This document shows positions 1-9,529 of a stretch of DNA of 64,000 bases, piece after piece. The DNA lies in the IMG/VR virus record IMGVR_UViG_3300044678_002325, positions 1-64,000 of that record, one strand, 5' to 3'. The notes under the pieces were generated by a model. That model was not told where the DNA came from, did not search any database, and was given only the letters and a program-made list of their open reading frames with translations. The translations under genes were made by a program, and so were the position numbers. Each line of letters starts with the position of its first letter. The first letter of the stretch is position 1. The DNA is from a virus (lineage: Duplodnaviria; Caudoviricetes).

Positions 1-183
1 ACGTATGGTGCAAGGCCAATAAAACGAGCCATACAAGACAAAATTGAAGATTTCATATCGGAGGAAGTACTTAACGGAAATGTTGCTGAGAATGAAAAAT
101 ATGAACTCACAACCAATGAAGAAAACATAGTGTTTAAAGAAAAAGAAGTTAAAAAATCAAAAAAGAAAAAAGGGACTGAATAG
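1..183 (+). CDS. clpB: ClpB/ClpC-family AAA+ chaperone, C-terminal end (5' partial)
   Basis: Frame 1 translates TYGARPIKRAIQDKIEDFISEEVL...; GARP-x-x-R is the sensor-2 motif of Clp/Hsp100 NBD2; stop TAG at 181-183. Not in the ORF track. Confidence 0.8.
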   Translation, partial: TYGARPIKRAIQDKIEDFISEEVLNGNVAENEKYELTTNEENIVFKEKEVKKSKKKKGTE

Positions 184-195
184 TCCCTTTTTTTT
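166..195. terminator. Bidirectional intrinsic terminator
   Basis: AAAAAAGGGACT-GAAT-AGTCCCTTTTTT between convergent genes. Confidence 0.8.
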
Positions 196-1009
196 ATAGT
201 AAAAATTTACTTGATTTAACTTCCTCAAAATATTTCACACTACCCAAATCATTAATCATATTCTTTGCAATATCCAATGTATTAAAAACATCCTCAACAA
301 TCACATATTCATGTTTTGTGTGGTAGTTATAATATCCTACAGCAAAATTTATACAAGAAAAATCAAATTGATTTTTAAGAGCATAAACATCAGTATAAGG
401 ATGTGATTGGTATTTGTTTCGGTTATCAAATCCCTCAGTTAACACCTTGTCACATTTGTTGAAGAATTCAGACTTCTTATCAAATAATTTTGTTCCCATA
501 CAATATTCACTAACCATCCAATTACCTGGAGCGTCAAATTGAATAGCATAACCAACATTTGAGAAAAACTCTTTATCAGCATTCTTTGACCCGTGACAAC
601 CAGTTTCTTCTGAGACAAAAAATGCGGCTTTTACATTTGGTAAATTTTTTAATAATTCCAAACATACATAAACACCACATTTGTCATCCCCACCAATACC
701 CGTGGGTTCTCCTTTATCATTAAAAGCCTTTAATGCTGGTTTTAATTCTTTTTGGTCATTGGGTAACATCATTTCTTTAATGTTGATTGTATCCAATTCG
801 TGGACTGTGTCGGTATGTGCAACAACACAAGGGAAATATTTAATATCATCCGTTTGTTTGGTTGCATAAACATTACCCATCTTATCAACTTGATAAGGGA
901 TATTGTTTTCTGTTAACCATTCACATAGGAATTGAATCATTAAGTCCTCTTTGTATGTCTTGGTAGGTATGGACAAAACCTTTTTGAGTAAATCGTAATT
1001 GTGTTTCAT
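194..1009 (-). CDS. M20/M28-family zinc metallopeptidase
   Basis: AHTDTVH, GGDDKCG, SEETG, QFD and YYNYH metal-ligand motifs. Confidence 0.85.
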   Translation of the reverse strand: MKHNYDLLKKVLSIPTKTYKEDLMIQFLCEWLTENNIPYQVDKMGNVYATKQTDDIKYFPCVVAHTDTVHELDTINIKEMMLPNDQKELKPALKAFNDKGEPTGIGGDDKCGVYVCLELLKNLPNVKAAFFVSEETGCHGSKNADKEFFSNVGYAIQFDAPGNWMVSEYCMGTKLFDKKSEFFNKCDKVLTEGFDNRNKYQSHPYTDVYALKNQFDFSCINFAVGYYNYHTKHEYVIVEDVFNTLDIAKNMINDLGSVKYFEEVKSSKFLL

Positions 1010-1018
1010 AACACAATA

Positions 1019-2386
1019 TTACAACATTCTTTTTAATTTTCTAACTAAATGTTCAAATAATTCACCCATTGACATAAAATTATTAAATTCTTCAAAATTG
1101 AAACTCTTGTTTGTTTTTTCACCATTCTTTTTAATGTGTGTTACAAGAAGTTTTCCATCTTTAATTCCTGTGATAATAAATGAACCTCTTTCATCATCAA
1201 TTTTGACAGGAGTATTCAATTGATACTTTTTAAGTATTTGTATTAATTTTAAATTCTCACTAATATTCTTGGAATATTTTTCAGGATTTTCTTCAATCTT
1301 ATCAATTATATTTTCAAGTTCGTATTCAACTTCTCTATTAAAAGATTCTGTGTCAAATTCACCACGATATGGATATTCGTAAATCTCAGATCTTAAACCA
1401 CCACCAACGAACTCAGATAATTTTGTTATCAACTCTTCAATAGTACTAGTATTAGTCTTGATTAATAAATCTTTTAATATTGAGACCCAAGTACGATATT
1501 CATAAAAACATATCGGGGTTTCATTTTTTTTAACTACAAATATTTTATCGTCCTCAAATGGACTACAAAAATCACTATATAATTCTTTTCTTAGTGCATC
1601 ATATCCAGCTCTTTCATTATGTTTACTATAATCGTTTAGTATATTATTTATTTCATTATAAAATTTATCATCTAATAATTCACATAATTCACCCTTTATA
1701 TTATAATCATCCCTCCAATTAAAAAATTCAGGTTTAATGTATGAAACAATTTTATCCAAAAGCTCATTACTTCCATCATTAAAATAACGTAATAAATTAC
1801 CTTCTTTCCAATCGTAATCTGTATCTCCTTCCCATAAATTAGAACCATATGCATATCTATTTAAAACAGCCTCAATATAGTCAAGATCATTACTATCAAA
1901 ATCCATTAAACTCAAAATACCTGCACTATCCGTAAATTCTAAATAAATTTTACAATTATCTGGTATTCTTGTATATTGAACAGATTTGATATTAGAATCT
2001 ATTTGTTTTAATTGATAATCACTAAATTTTTTCCCCTGCTCAATCAAGATTAATGTTGTGATTAAATCAACATTACCGACTATGTCTGTAATTGTTTTAT
2101 CTAAATCTGGAAAATAATGGAAAGCATCCCTTAATTGAATATCATCGCCATAATTATCATAGACTTCAAAATATTCTCCAAATGCTAGAGTTATAATTCC
2201 ATATCTAGTATATTTTTCTTCTTTATTAATGAAAAAGTATACTGTTCTATTATTATAGACATCTTTACCATGTCTTGTTGTTGTTAAGAATTCTGGACCT
2301 ACTTTTAAACCCTCTTCCATATTTGGAGATTTAATGGCCAAGTATTTGTCATTTTCAAACAATATATCGTTATTAGAATAATCCAT
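1019..2386 (-). CDS. Hypothetical protein
   Basis: Long ORF, likely start MDYSNN; upstream TATTTAT motif. Confidence 0.7.
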   Translation of the reverse strand: MDYSNNDILFENDKYLAIKSPNMEEGLKVGPEFLTTTRHGKDVYNNRTVYFFINKEEKYTRYGIITLAFGEYFEVYDNYGDDIQLRDAFHYFPDLDKTITDIVGNVDLITTLILIEQGKKFSDYQLKQIDSNIKSVQYTRIPDNCKIYLEFTDSAGILSLMDFDSNDLDYIEAVLNRYAYGSNLWEGDTDYDWKEGNLLRYFNDGSNELLDKIVSYIKPEFFNWRDDYNIKGELCELLDDKFYNEINNILNDYSKHNERAGYDALRKELYSDFCSPFEDDKIFVVKKNETPICFYEYRTWVSILKDLLIKTNTSTIEELITKLSEFVGGGLRSEIYEYPYRGEFDTESFNREVEYELENIIDKIEENPEKYSKNISENLKLIQILKKYQLNTPVKIDDERGSFIITGIKDGKLLVTHIKKNGEKTNKSFNFEEFNNFMSMGELFEHLVRKLKRML

Positions 2387-2465
2387 ACATTTTTTTATTA
2401 AAATAAATATAATCAAAACTTGGAATTATCAATCATTATATTTATTATTGTAGTACTTTACAAAA

Positions 2466-2846
2466 GGGGGTAATCTGGAATTGACTGACGTTGTTAGTTA
2501 TTTGGGGCATGTCAGACCTAAACTAAGTCTGTTAAACTGGTTTGAAACGATACACGGCAACGTTATCAACAAACTTTCTGCAGTAGGTTTAATCCGTGCT
2601 GAAGAAGCAGTAGTAGCCTAGTTAATAGGGTATTACTTTCGAGTCGGGGTGCATTAACTCAGGAACAGGAGTACTATAGGGTTGTCTAATCAATTCTCAT
2701 CCCTAAAAATGAATTGACCGATTTTGTTGATTTTGGGTGTATAAAAATCAAATAGCTCGGAACACTGCGAATAATGTTGTCCTAAGCATGTAGTCCTTAA
2801 TAGTTAAGATGGGCAGGACTTGGGATCGTGACCCAATACCTCCACC
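2466..2846 (+). ncRNA. ssrA: tmRNA; tag reading frame 2556-2621 (GNVINKLSAVGLIRAEEAVVA*)
   Basis: 5' GGGGGTA pairs with 3' TACCTCC-A (G3:U70 Ala identity); CTGGAATTGAC 5' motif; GGAC plus T-arm TTGGG-ATCGTGA-CCCAA; tag ends in hydrophobic AVVA. Confidence 0.92.
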
Positions 2847-2856
2847 TTTAAAAAAG

Positions 2857-2885
2857 AAACCCCTCCGTTAAGAAGGGGTTTTTTG
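2857..2885. terminator. Intrinsic terminator after tmRNA
   Basis: AAACCCCT...AGGGGTTT hairpin with T tract. Confidence 0.75.
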
Positions 2886-2887
2886 TT

Positions 2888-3202
2888 TTACTGAATTTCT
2901 TTTTGATTTAATGCTTTGTCAATTCTTTTGTCAGTATAACGTATTGAGTCATCAAATTTGTTGTTAACTATTGCTAACAATTCGGAATAGTCCCTAGATG
3001 AATTATCTTTAAGTTCACCAATAGTTCTATAAACATCATCAAATTGACGTTGGACACTATTAACATCAAATCTTTGATTTTCTTTTATGGCAACAATCTG
3101 CCTTTCAATTCTTAGTACCTTAACCAAACCCCAAACAATAACTCCAACAAATATTAGAGCCAACATCGAGAGCATACCTAAAGCAAAATAAGTAATTCCC
3201 AT
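2888..3202 (-). CDS. Membrane-anchored coiled-coil hypothetical protein
   Basis: N-terminal hydrophobic helix followed by heptad-rich segment. Confidence 0.65.
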   Translation of the reverse strand: MGITYFALGMLSMLALIFVGVIVWGLVKVLRIERQIVAIKENQRFDVNSVQRQFDDVYRTIGELKDNSSRDYSELLAIVNNKFDDSIRYTDKRIDKALNQKEIQ

Positions 3203-3255
3203 AATAATAAATTATTTAATTTTTTATGTCCAAAGACCTAAAAAATATAATAAAC

Positions 3256-3747
3256 TTATTTTAGTAGTAAAAGGATAAATGAAGTAAATCCAAATGTTAC
3301 CCCACCAATACTTAATCCAGTTAACCATTTATTCCTATTTTTTACTTTACGAAATTCAGTATTCAAATCGGTAATAATCTTTTTTTGGGACTCTTCAATT
3401 CTCTTATATCCTTGAACAATTTGGTCTTTGGTTTCAGCCTCTCTTTTTAACATATCTGTAATGTCCATTGATTTGTCCAAGGCTACCTTATATTGGTCTT
3501 TTACTTTAACACAATCATCCAATACAATTTTATACTCAGATAGTTTGGCTGTCACAATTTTCAATGAATCATATTGAATTGCAATTTTATCTGCAAATTT
3601 TCTATTGATGATAAAAGAGGTATCACCATTAACAATTATTAAATCAATTTTGGGTTTAATTGTGTCTGTATTATTGGTTAAACCTTGTGCGTAAACCATC
3701 CAGGAGTTGGTCATTAGAACTATTAACAATAGCGTCAATCTTAACAT
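3256..3747 (-). CDS. Secreted coiled-coil protein with C-terminal TM (spanin-like?)
   Basis: Signal-peptide-like N-terminus, coiled coil, C-terminal hydrophobic helix; overlaps the upstream gene. Confidence 0.55.
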   Translation of the reverse strand: MLRLTLLLIVLMTNSWMVYAQGLTNNTDTIKPKIDLIIVNGDTSFIINRKFADKIAIQYDSLKIVTAKLSEYKIVLDDCVKVKDQYKVALDKSMDITDMLKREAETKDQIVQGYKRIEESQKKIITDLNTEFRKVKNRNKWLTGLSIGGVTFGFTSFILLLLK

Positions 3748-4024
3748 TGTTTTGAATTTTTAATTGGTTTATTTTTGATGTTAGATTACTTTCACTCATT
3801 TGAATGTTTGTGGTTAAGATATCCAACTGGGATTCCATTTTTTCTCTCTCAGATTTCATTACATCCAATTTTTTATATAGAGAATCTATGGCTTTCTTTT
3901 CTGCATCAATAATTTGTTGTTGTAATTTCTTGTTATCTTGATGATTTGTATTCATCATATAACCCAAAATAATCCCAATCAATAATATTGATACCACAAT
4001 AATTAGGGTGTGTTTCCAATTCAT
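3671..4024 (-). CDS. N-terminal TM coiled-coil protein (i-spanin-like?)
   Basis: TM helix then coiled coil; overlapping gene pair reminiscent of Rz/Rz1. Confidence 0.55.
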   Translation of the reverse strand: MNWKHTLIIVVSILLIGIILGYMMNTNHQDNKKLQQQIIDAEKKAIDSLYKKLDVMKSEREKMESQLDILTTNIQMSESNLTSKINQLKIQNNVKIDAIVNSSNDQLLDGLRTRFNQ

Positions 4025-4147
4025 ATGTTATGTTTTATTTATAAGTATATTTTTTTTTAAAAAAATGTTAAAACCATTTGACTTATCTACAATTATTATG
4101 TATTTATTGTCTATAAAAATAACAAATCAATTTTAAAAACAAAAAAA

Positions 4148-4312
4148 ATGAAAAACGTACTTTTTGGCGCAATTGTAACTTTGAGCTTGGTTTTCACATC
4201 TTGTGGATCAACTACAAAAACTGAAGAAACTAAAACAACTGAAGATTCAACTAAAGTTGAAACTACAACAGTTACAACTCCTTCTGTTGACACTGTTAAA
4301 GTTGAGAAATAA
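4148..4312 (+). CDS. Small Thr-rich lipoprotein (54 aa)
   Basis: MKNVLFGAIVTLSLVFTS-C lipobox then STTKTEETKTTEDSTKVETTTVTTPSVDTVKVEK; A-rich RBS; followed by a terminator; missed by the ORF track. Confidence 0.8.
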   Translation: MKNVLFGAIVTLSLVFTSCGSTTKTEETKTTEDSTKVETTTVTTPSVDTVKVEK

Positions 4313-4368
4313 TTTTAATTTCTAACTAAAAATTAAAATCCCCACTCTTAATTGAAATGGGGATTTTT

Positions 4369-4980
4369 TTATTTTAATAGTTGTCTAATTCTTTTGACTT
4401 CTTCATTTAATTCTTTTTCTTCTTTGTTTTCTTTTTTTCCCGGAAAATCAGTTAAAGCTTTATATGCCAAATTTATTGGGGATAAGAATAATGATGTAAA
4501 TATATCAGGTACTTTTTCTATTTTTCTGTATGGTTTATTCCAATCATTATAACTGTCATTATCATCGTTTCTACTTTTACTACTACCACTATCAGATTTT
4601 TTTAATTCTTTTGAACTTTTTCCACCTATATCTCCCGTAAAAAAAGGACCAATACTTACTTTATCTTTACTTTTATTTTTGATTTCATATTCCACGAGAT
4701 AGTTACCAGTTCTACTTAACTTGTCTTTTTGACTAACATCAACACCCCTTTGAGTTGTAATATCTTTGAGTCCACTTATTTCAGAATAATATGTCTCACC
4801 ATCAACACTATGTTTTATTCTTATAAACCCATTACGATTTTCTCTTAATCCTTCTTGTATCTCATCAATAACACCATCATATGGTGCTATAATAAAATCA
4901 TCTGACTCAGGGTTATATATGATTTTTTTATCTTTTCTTTCTTTCACTTTACCAAATTTTACAGGGTCTATAAATTTCAT
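4369..4980 (-). CDS. M23-fold protein, probably catalytically degenerate
   Basis: IIAPYDGVI...IRIKH...YYS pattern without HxH; C-terminal LNEEVKRIRQLL motif. Confidence 0.55.
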   Translation of the reverse strand: MKFIDPVKFGKVKERKDKKIIYNPESDDFIIAPYDGVIDEIQEGLRENRNGFIRIKHSVDGETYYSEISGLKDITTQRGVDVSQKDKLSRTGNYLVEYEIKNKSKDKVSIGPFFTGDIGGKSSKELKKSDSGSSKSRNDDNDSYNDWNKPYRKIEKVPDIFTSLFLSPINLAYKALTDFPGKKENKEEKELNEEVKRIRQLLK

Positions 4981-5516
4981 AATTTCATTAATTTTTTAAC
5001 TCTAAGAATTTCTTCTGAGAGGTTATCATATCCTTGATATGCGACATCTTTAGCTAATGGATTATCAAATACACCACTTTGTTTTATTTCTTGTGCCAAA
5101 GTGTCAATTGTGCTTGCTTTACTTGCACTTGGTGTTTTTGTCGTTGTTGAATCGTCAGTTTTAGTTGTTGAGACATCAGTTTTAGTTGTTCCAGCTTTTT
5201 GTGTATATGTTATTTTTTTACTAGAAATATCAACATTTAATTGACCATCAGACATTGGTGGATTAATTTTATCGTTAACATAATCTCTTAACTGATTATC
5301 ACCTGGATTACTTCCAGTTGTGGCGGTAAATTGGACTGCAAACTTATTATTATCTGGTGTGTTATTTAAAGTAATTTTATATGTTGAATTTTGTGTCCAA
5401 CCATTAATTAATGTTTCTAAACTTTTTGCAAAATTATCATCTAACAAAGTATCATTTAATGACGTTAAAGTTGCATTAGGTTTACTTGATAGATTAGTTT
5501 TTAAAGGATATGCCAT
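4977..5516 (-). CDS. Hypothetical protein with C-terminal LSEEILRVKKLM motif
   Basis: ORF track; shared C-terminal motif; upstream TATTTATA. Confidence 0.65.
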   Translation of the reverse strand: MAYPLKTNLSSKPNATLTSLNDTLLDDNFAKSLETLINGWTQNSTYKITLNNTPDNNKFAVQFTATTGSNPGDNQLRDYVNDKINPPMSDGQLNVDISSKKITYTQKAGTTKTDVSTTKTDDSTTTKTPSASKASTIDTLAQEIKQSGVFDNPLAKDVAYQGYDNLSEEILRVKKLMKL

Positions 5517-5578
5517 TTATATTTATTTTATACTAAAATATAAATATTAACAAAAATAAAAAAAGTGTGAGACTATTC

Positions 5579-5872
5579 TCACACTTCATTTTTTTCTTTC
5601 TCAAATTTCAAACCCCATCTTGCCCCAATCATTGACATTTGTCTGTCGGCATAAACATCAGTATACTTAAGTTTTTTCTTAATTTGTTTAGTTCCCCATT
5701 CTTTCCATTTGTCATATTGGTCTTCAGTAATTGTCCAATCATTATACCAAGCATCTTGTCTATCTTTGATGTCTTCAAATGTAACCTTATGACCAGCGAA
5801 TTCAAACATTTTATTCAATATTTCAATTATTAGGTTGTCTCTTTTTTCTTGATATGAAAGTCTCTTAGCCAT
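5579..5872 (-). CDS. Hypothetical protein
   Basis: ORF in operon. Confidence 0.65.
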   Translation of the reverse strand: MAKRLSYQEKRDNLIIEILNKMFEFAGHKVTFEDIKDRQDAWYNDWTITEDQYDKWKEWGTKQIKKKLKYTDVYADRQMSMIGARWGLKFEKEKNEV

Positions 5873-5880
5873 AGTTTTAT

Positions 5881-6891
5881 TTATTTTTCGTTTAACAAAA
5901 ATTTGTTTGATATAACTTTAAATGATATTTTTCTATCATACGCTCTTATAACAACACCTTCCCTATCAAAGTTCCCATTAAGTTGAGATTTATCTTCGGC
6001 AAATAACAATAATTCATCAATTGATTTTGGAAGTACAAATTCGTAATCCAATATTGGAACTGTTTTTAAACCCAAATCTTCCATTAACATTAGGAATTTA
6101 GTAAATGGGATATTTTTTTGTTCATCAATATTAAATGCGTTGAAGAATTTAACTGTTTGACCTTTTATCTTGTATGGGTTACCCTGGATTCCTTCTCCGA
6201 TGATTTCACCTTGAACACATACATTATAACCCAATTTAGATAAAGATTCCTCCAAATTCAATTCTCTTGCAACTTTCCAAAAGGAGTTACCCTCAGTCTC
6301 CAACAACTCAAGATTTCTTGAGCACACCCCAAATACACCATCCTTGTAATAGAATGTAGCACTTGATCCATCCAACTTCTCAGTGACATAAAATGCCTTA
6401 CCAGACAATCTGATATTTTCGTATTCACTTGATAAGTTTTGGATACGTTCTTCATCTGTTTTTCTTATAAAAGATGGAAACATACCTTTAACTTTACCTT
6501 GAAGTTCTGCTGGAATTGGGGGTTCGTATTTAAATATACCCAACATTTCAGTAACATCTTCTCCTTCGGTTATTTCCATATCAATTGGAAGAACACTTAT
6601 CGGTAACAATAGACCTTGACTTAATTGTCCTCTTAATCTTATTGTTTTCAATCTAAATCCTTCACTACCATCAGACATTTTTTTGTATGATGTTTTTCGT
6701 AAGAATTCAAATTCTTCTTTGATTGGTAAGAAGGAGTCAATTTCACAATAGATACAAAAGTCTCCAGCTTTGTATTCTCCTTTTTTGGACACAACATCCC
6801 AGTTGTTTATTCTAACAACTTCTATAGCGTCAGCCCCAACTATTGGTCTAACTTCTTTTACTATTTGTATGCTCGCTAATTTTCTTTCCAT
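5881..6891 (-). CDS. ATP-dependent RNA ligase (DRB0094/Rnl2-like)
   Basis: N-terminal OB-like domain (GADAIE, LRGQLSQG), motif I EKLDGSS, QGE, REGVV, FKVIS. Confidence 0.9.
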   Translation of the reverse strand: MERKLASIQIVKEVRPIVGADAIEVVRINNWDVVSKKGEYKAGDFCIYCEIDSFLPIKEEFEFLRKTSYKKMSDGSEGFRLKTIRLRGQLSQGLLLPISVLPIDMEITEGEDVTEMLGIFKYEPPIPAELQGKVKGMFPSFIRKTDEERIQNLSSEYENIRLSGKAFYVTEKLDGSSATFYYKDGVFGVCSRNLELLETEGNSFWKVARELNLEESLSKLGYNVCVQGEIIGEGIQGNPYKIKGQTVKFFNAFNIDEQKNIPFTKFLMLMEDLGLKTVPILDYEFVLPKSIDELLLFAEDKSQLNGNFDREGVVIRAYDRKISFKVISNKFLLNEK

Positions 6892-6892
6892 A

Positions 6893-7378
6893 TTAACTAA
6901 ATTCATTATTTGGTGAAACTCTTAATTCATCTATATATTCTTCTTTTACTTCAAAATCGTAGTGGTATTGTCTTGGATGTTCTTGTCTATAACGTTTTAA
7001 ATCATATCCATCAGGTTGCCCCCAATCTAATGCCATTGTGATAAACTCTTCCACATCCATCTCTTTACCATACTCATCTATAACTCTACCTATTCTTATA
7101 AAGTTCAATAATTCTTCTTTATTTGAATAAAATTTTTTGTCATTAAAATTCCATAAAAACTTCCAACCACTACTACGTTTACCTAAGTGAATGTTTGTTC
7201 CATCAGTAAACAAATCCCAAATTGAATAGTTATCCCAATCATTTTCCTTTTGGATTGTTGCAAATTTTCTTTCTATTGAAGATGGAGAAATATCCAAAGA
7301 ATTAATATTATCAATCAACTCTTGTTTTCTTTTTTCCATTTCTTCCACACTTGGAATTCTGTAGTAGTTTGTTCCCAT
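6893..7378 (-). CDS. Conserved phage hypothetical protein
   Basis: MGTNYY...HLGKRSSGWKF...IDEYG motif. Confidence 0.7.
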   Translation of the reverse strand: MGTNYYRIPSVEEMEKRKQELIDNINSLDISPSSIERKFATIQKENDWDNYSIWDLFTDGTNIHLGKRSSGWKFLWNFNDKKFYSNKEELLNFIRIGRVIDEYGKEMDVEEFITMALDWGQPDGYDLKRYRQEHPRQYHYDFEVKEEYIDELRVSPNNEFS

Positions 7379-7403
7379 TGTTTTATTCGTTTTAATTGTT
7401 TCA

Positions 7404-7434
7404 CAAAATTAAGAAATCCCCACCTAATATCAAA
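7404..7434 (-). promoter_or_regulatory. Bacteroidetes primary-sigma promoter
   Basis: Minus strand TTTG ... TAATTTTG upstream of the ORF starting at 7378. Confidence 0.6.
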
Positions 7435-7451
7435 ATTAAATGGGGATTTTT

Positions 7452-7757
7452 TTAAGAATTTAATCTAAATGACCAATCTATTTCCCAGTCTCGTTGGACT
7501 TTTCCAAATCTAGTATCAAAATAAATCCCAACCATTTTACACAGATTTTCCATATCGTGAATTTTCTTTACATCACTTTCATTTTCCAAGTTGAATGCGA
7601 TATTAATCCACTTATCAACTGGTAATCTGTTTGGTTTATCATATTTCTCAATCAATATTGGAGTTTTAATTGATTCATTCATTGTGTAATCAACCCCCTC
7701 ATTTTTCAATCTTTCAAGTTTGTTCATAACAAACTCATACGCTTCATTAATGTTCAT
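7452..7757 (-). CDS. Hypothetical protein
   Basis: ORF track. Confidence 0.6.
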   Translation of the reverse strand: MNINEAYEFVMNKLERLKNEGVDYTMNESIKTPILIEKYDKPNRLPVDKWINIAFNLENESDVKKIHDMENLCKMVGIYFDTRFGKVQRDWEIDWSFRLNS

Positions 7758-7761
7758 TTTT

Positions 7762-8001
7762 TTAATTTAAGTTTTCCAAGAATTTTACGAATTCAGTTAT
7801 ATTTTTTTCCTCAAAAATTATTGTTTTGTCTTGTGTTATTGAAACTTCTTTTTTGGGAAAAATTTTAATTGTAAATTTAGAATCTTTGGTTATTACAAAT
7901 TCGTCATCAAATGTCAAATTAACTTGATAAGATTCTTTTTTAATTATGGGTTCAATTGTTTGCCAAACCTTAGTTTGAAACTTTGTTAATTTTTCTTTCA
8001 T
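7762..8001 (-). CDS. Hypothetical protein
   Basis: ORF track. Confidence 0.55.
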   Translation of the reverse strand: MKEKLTKFQTKVWQTIEPIIKKESYQVNLTFDDEFVITKDSKFTIKIFPKKEVSITQDKTIIFEEKNITEFVKFLENLN

Positions 8002-8091
8002 GCCTTCCTCCTTTTTCTAATTATAAATAAAAATAGAAGAAATAGTATAAACCAAATTCCTGTCATTATTTTATTGAATATATTCATAGTT

Positions 8092-8352
8092 TTATTTTTT
8101 TTCAAATTCTTCCTTTAAAACGGATAATTCATCTTGTACCTTTTTTCTTTCAGTTTCTAAAACTGATTTAATTATATCATTACCATTTATATATAAAAAT
8201 CTTGATATTTTAAACTTACAATCAGACACCCCTGTAATTTTCATATCTAAATTATTATATTTCAATAGAGAATCAATAGTATGGAGTCTCATTTCCATAT
8301 TTCCAATTTTATCCATAAAGGATTTTAACTCAAAAAATTTTTCTTCTGTCAT
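8092..8352 (-). CDS. Hypothetical protein
   Basis: ORF track. Confidence 0.55.
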   Translation of the reverse strand: MTEEKFFELKSFMDKIGNMEMRLHTIDSLLKYNNLDMKITGVSDCKFKISRFLYINGNDIIKSVLETERKKVQDELSVLKEEFEKK

Positions 8353-8358
8353 AATTTT

Positions 8359-8850
8359 TTATACCAATTCTAAGTGATTTTCATCACAAAACCAATAGGG
8401 AACATCACGATTTTTCCAAGAAACAAAATCTTTTTTTGCCCCAATGTAATAGTTCCTATAAGATTGAATAACGTCTTTAACCTTATATTCGTCAGGCATT
8501 GCTTTGGGTGGTTCAGTGAAACCTTTGTCACAAATATTGACAAAATTTGTGACACACCACTCAATAACATCTTGGGATTTATGACGTTTTCCATATCTAT
8601 AAGTATACTCCTTACACAATTCCAATCCAAGTTCACATAGGTATAAATAGTTAGATAATGATTCTCTAACCCATATTGAACAAGGGTGATTTTTATGGGA
8701 TAATTTATAAGGGATATCCAATTTGGAATTAGTTACGTGGTGGGCAGAACATAACAATTGTGCCGTTTCCAAAATCATTTTAACAACGTGTTTGTCACAA
8801 TGGTATTTAGCACATTTGACAACATCATAATCCAAAAAGAAAATGTTCAT
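8359..8850 (-). CDS. Pyrimidine-dimer DNA glycosylase/DenV-like family protein
   Basis: MNIFFLD...HCDKHVVKMILETAQLL...HKNHPC...YRNYY signature. Confidence 0.7.
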   Translation of the reverse strand: MNIFFLDYDVVKCAKYHCDKHVVKMILETAQLLCSAHHVTNSKLDIPYKLSHKNHPCSIWVRESLSNYLYLCELGLELCKEYTYRYGKRHKSQDVIEWCVTNFVNICDKGFTEPPKAMPDEYKVKDVIQSYRNYYIGAKKDFVSWKNRDVPYWFCDENHLELV

Positions 8851-8885
8851 TTTTATTTATGTTGAATGGTGAAAGGTTCTACTTT
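8848..8885. repeat. 38-bp direct repeat, copy 1
   Basis: 37/38 identical to 9492-9529. Confidence 0.9.
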
Positions 8886-8903
8886 GGGTAATAAGGAATT
8901 TCA

Positions 8904-9494
8904 TCAAAATCCTTTTCCCTCAAGAGTTTTTAAAGCTTCCAAATAAACTTCTATTGCTTTCAAGTAAAGATCAAAATTTCCACCCCTCATATTCTTAAGT
9001 AACTCTTTTTTCTCTTGAAGATAAGTAACAGCGAAAGATTTATCATACTCAACAATAGATGAAAGGTTCTCAATCAAGTCAGCATATTTAACTGTTTGAC
9101 AATAAACGGGAATTCTCCCAAGCCTTTCGGCTTCCATAGTTTTTCTTTTGGTTCTATTGAGTTTAGGATAAACTTTTTTGGTGCAGGTGTTGGTTAAATG
9201 AATAATACCTGAAATAATCAACTCAGCACTTAAATAGGGATAACCAATCTCACTTAATTTTTTTCTTAAAGTGTCAATAGTACAAGGAGTATCTTCAAAT
9301 AAATCATGGCCTAACGATATTTCTATGGTAAATATTTCAGCATTACTAAAAGAATCTGATTTATATTTATTTACTAATTCCGCAACGGCTAATAGATGAG
9401 TCCAATAAGGTTCTCCCGTATATTTTCTCACTTGAGTGCCATGTTGTTCTTTGACAAACTCAAGAAATTTTTCTTGTTGTTCTGTTAATATCAT
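8904..9494 (-). CDS. HD-domain hydrolase (SpoT/Mesh1-like small alarmone hydrolase)
   Basis: H-x-x-Q-x-RK..GEPY..H, GHDLFEDT, VKYADLIEN. Confidence 0.8.
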   Translation of the reverse strand: MILTEQQEKFLEFVKEQHGTQVRKYTGEPYWTHLLAVAELVNKYKSDSFSNAEIFTIEISLGHDLFEDTPCTIDTLRKKLSEIGYPYLSAELIISGIIHLTNTCTKKVYPKLNRTKRKTMEAERLGRIPVYCQTVKYADLIENLSSIVEYDKSFAVTYLQEKKELLKNMRGGNFDLYLKAIEVYLEALKTLEGKGF

Positions 9495-9529
9495 TTTTAT
9501 TTATCTTGAATGGTGAAAGGTTCTACTTT
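9492..9529. repeat. 38-bp direct repeat, copy 2
   Basis: 37/38 identical to 8848-8885. Confidence 0.9.
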
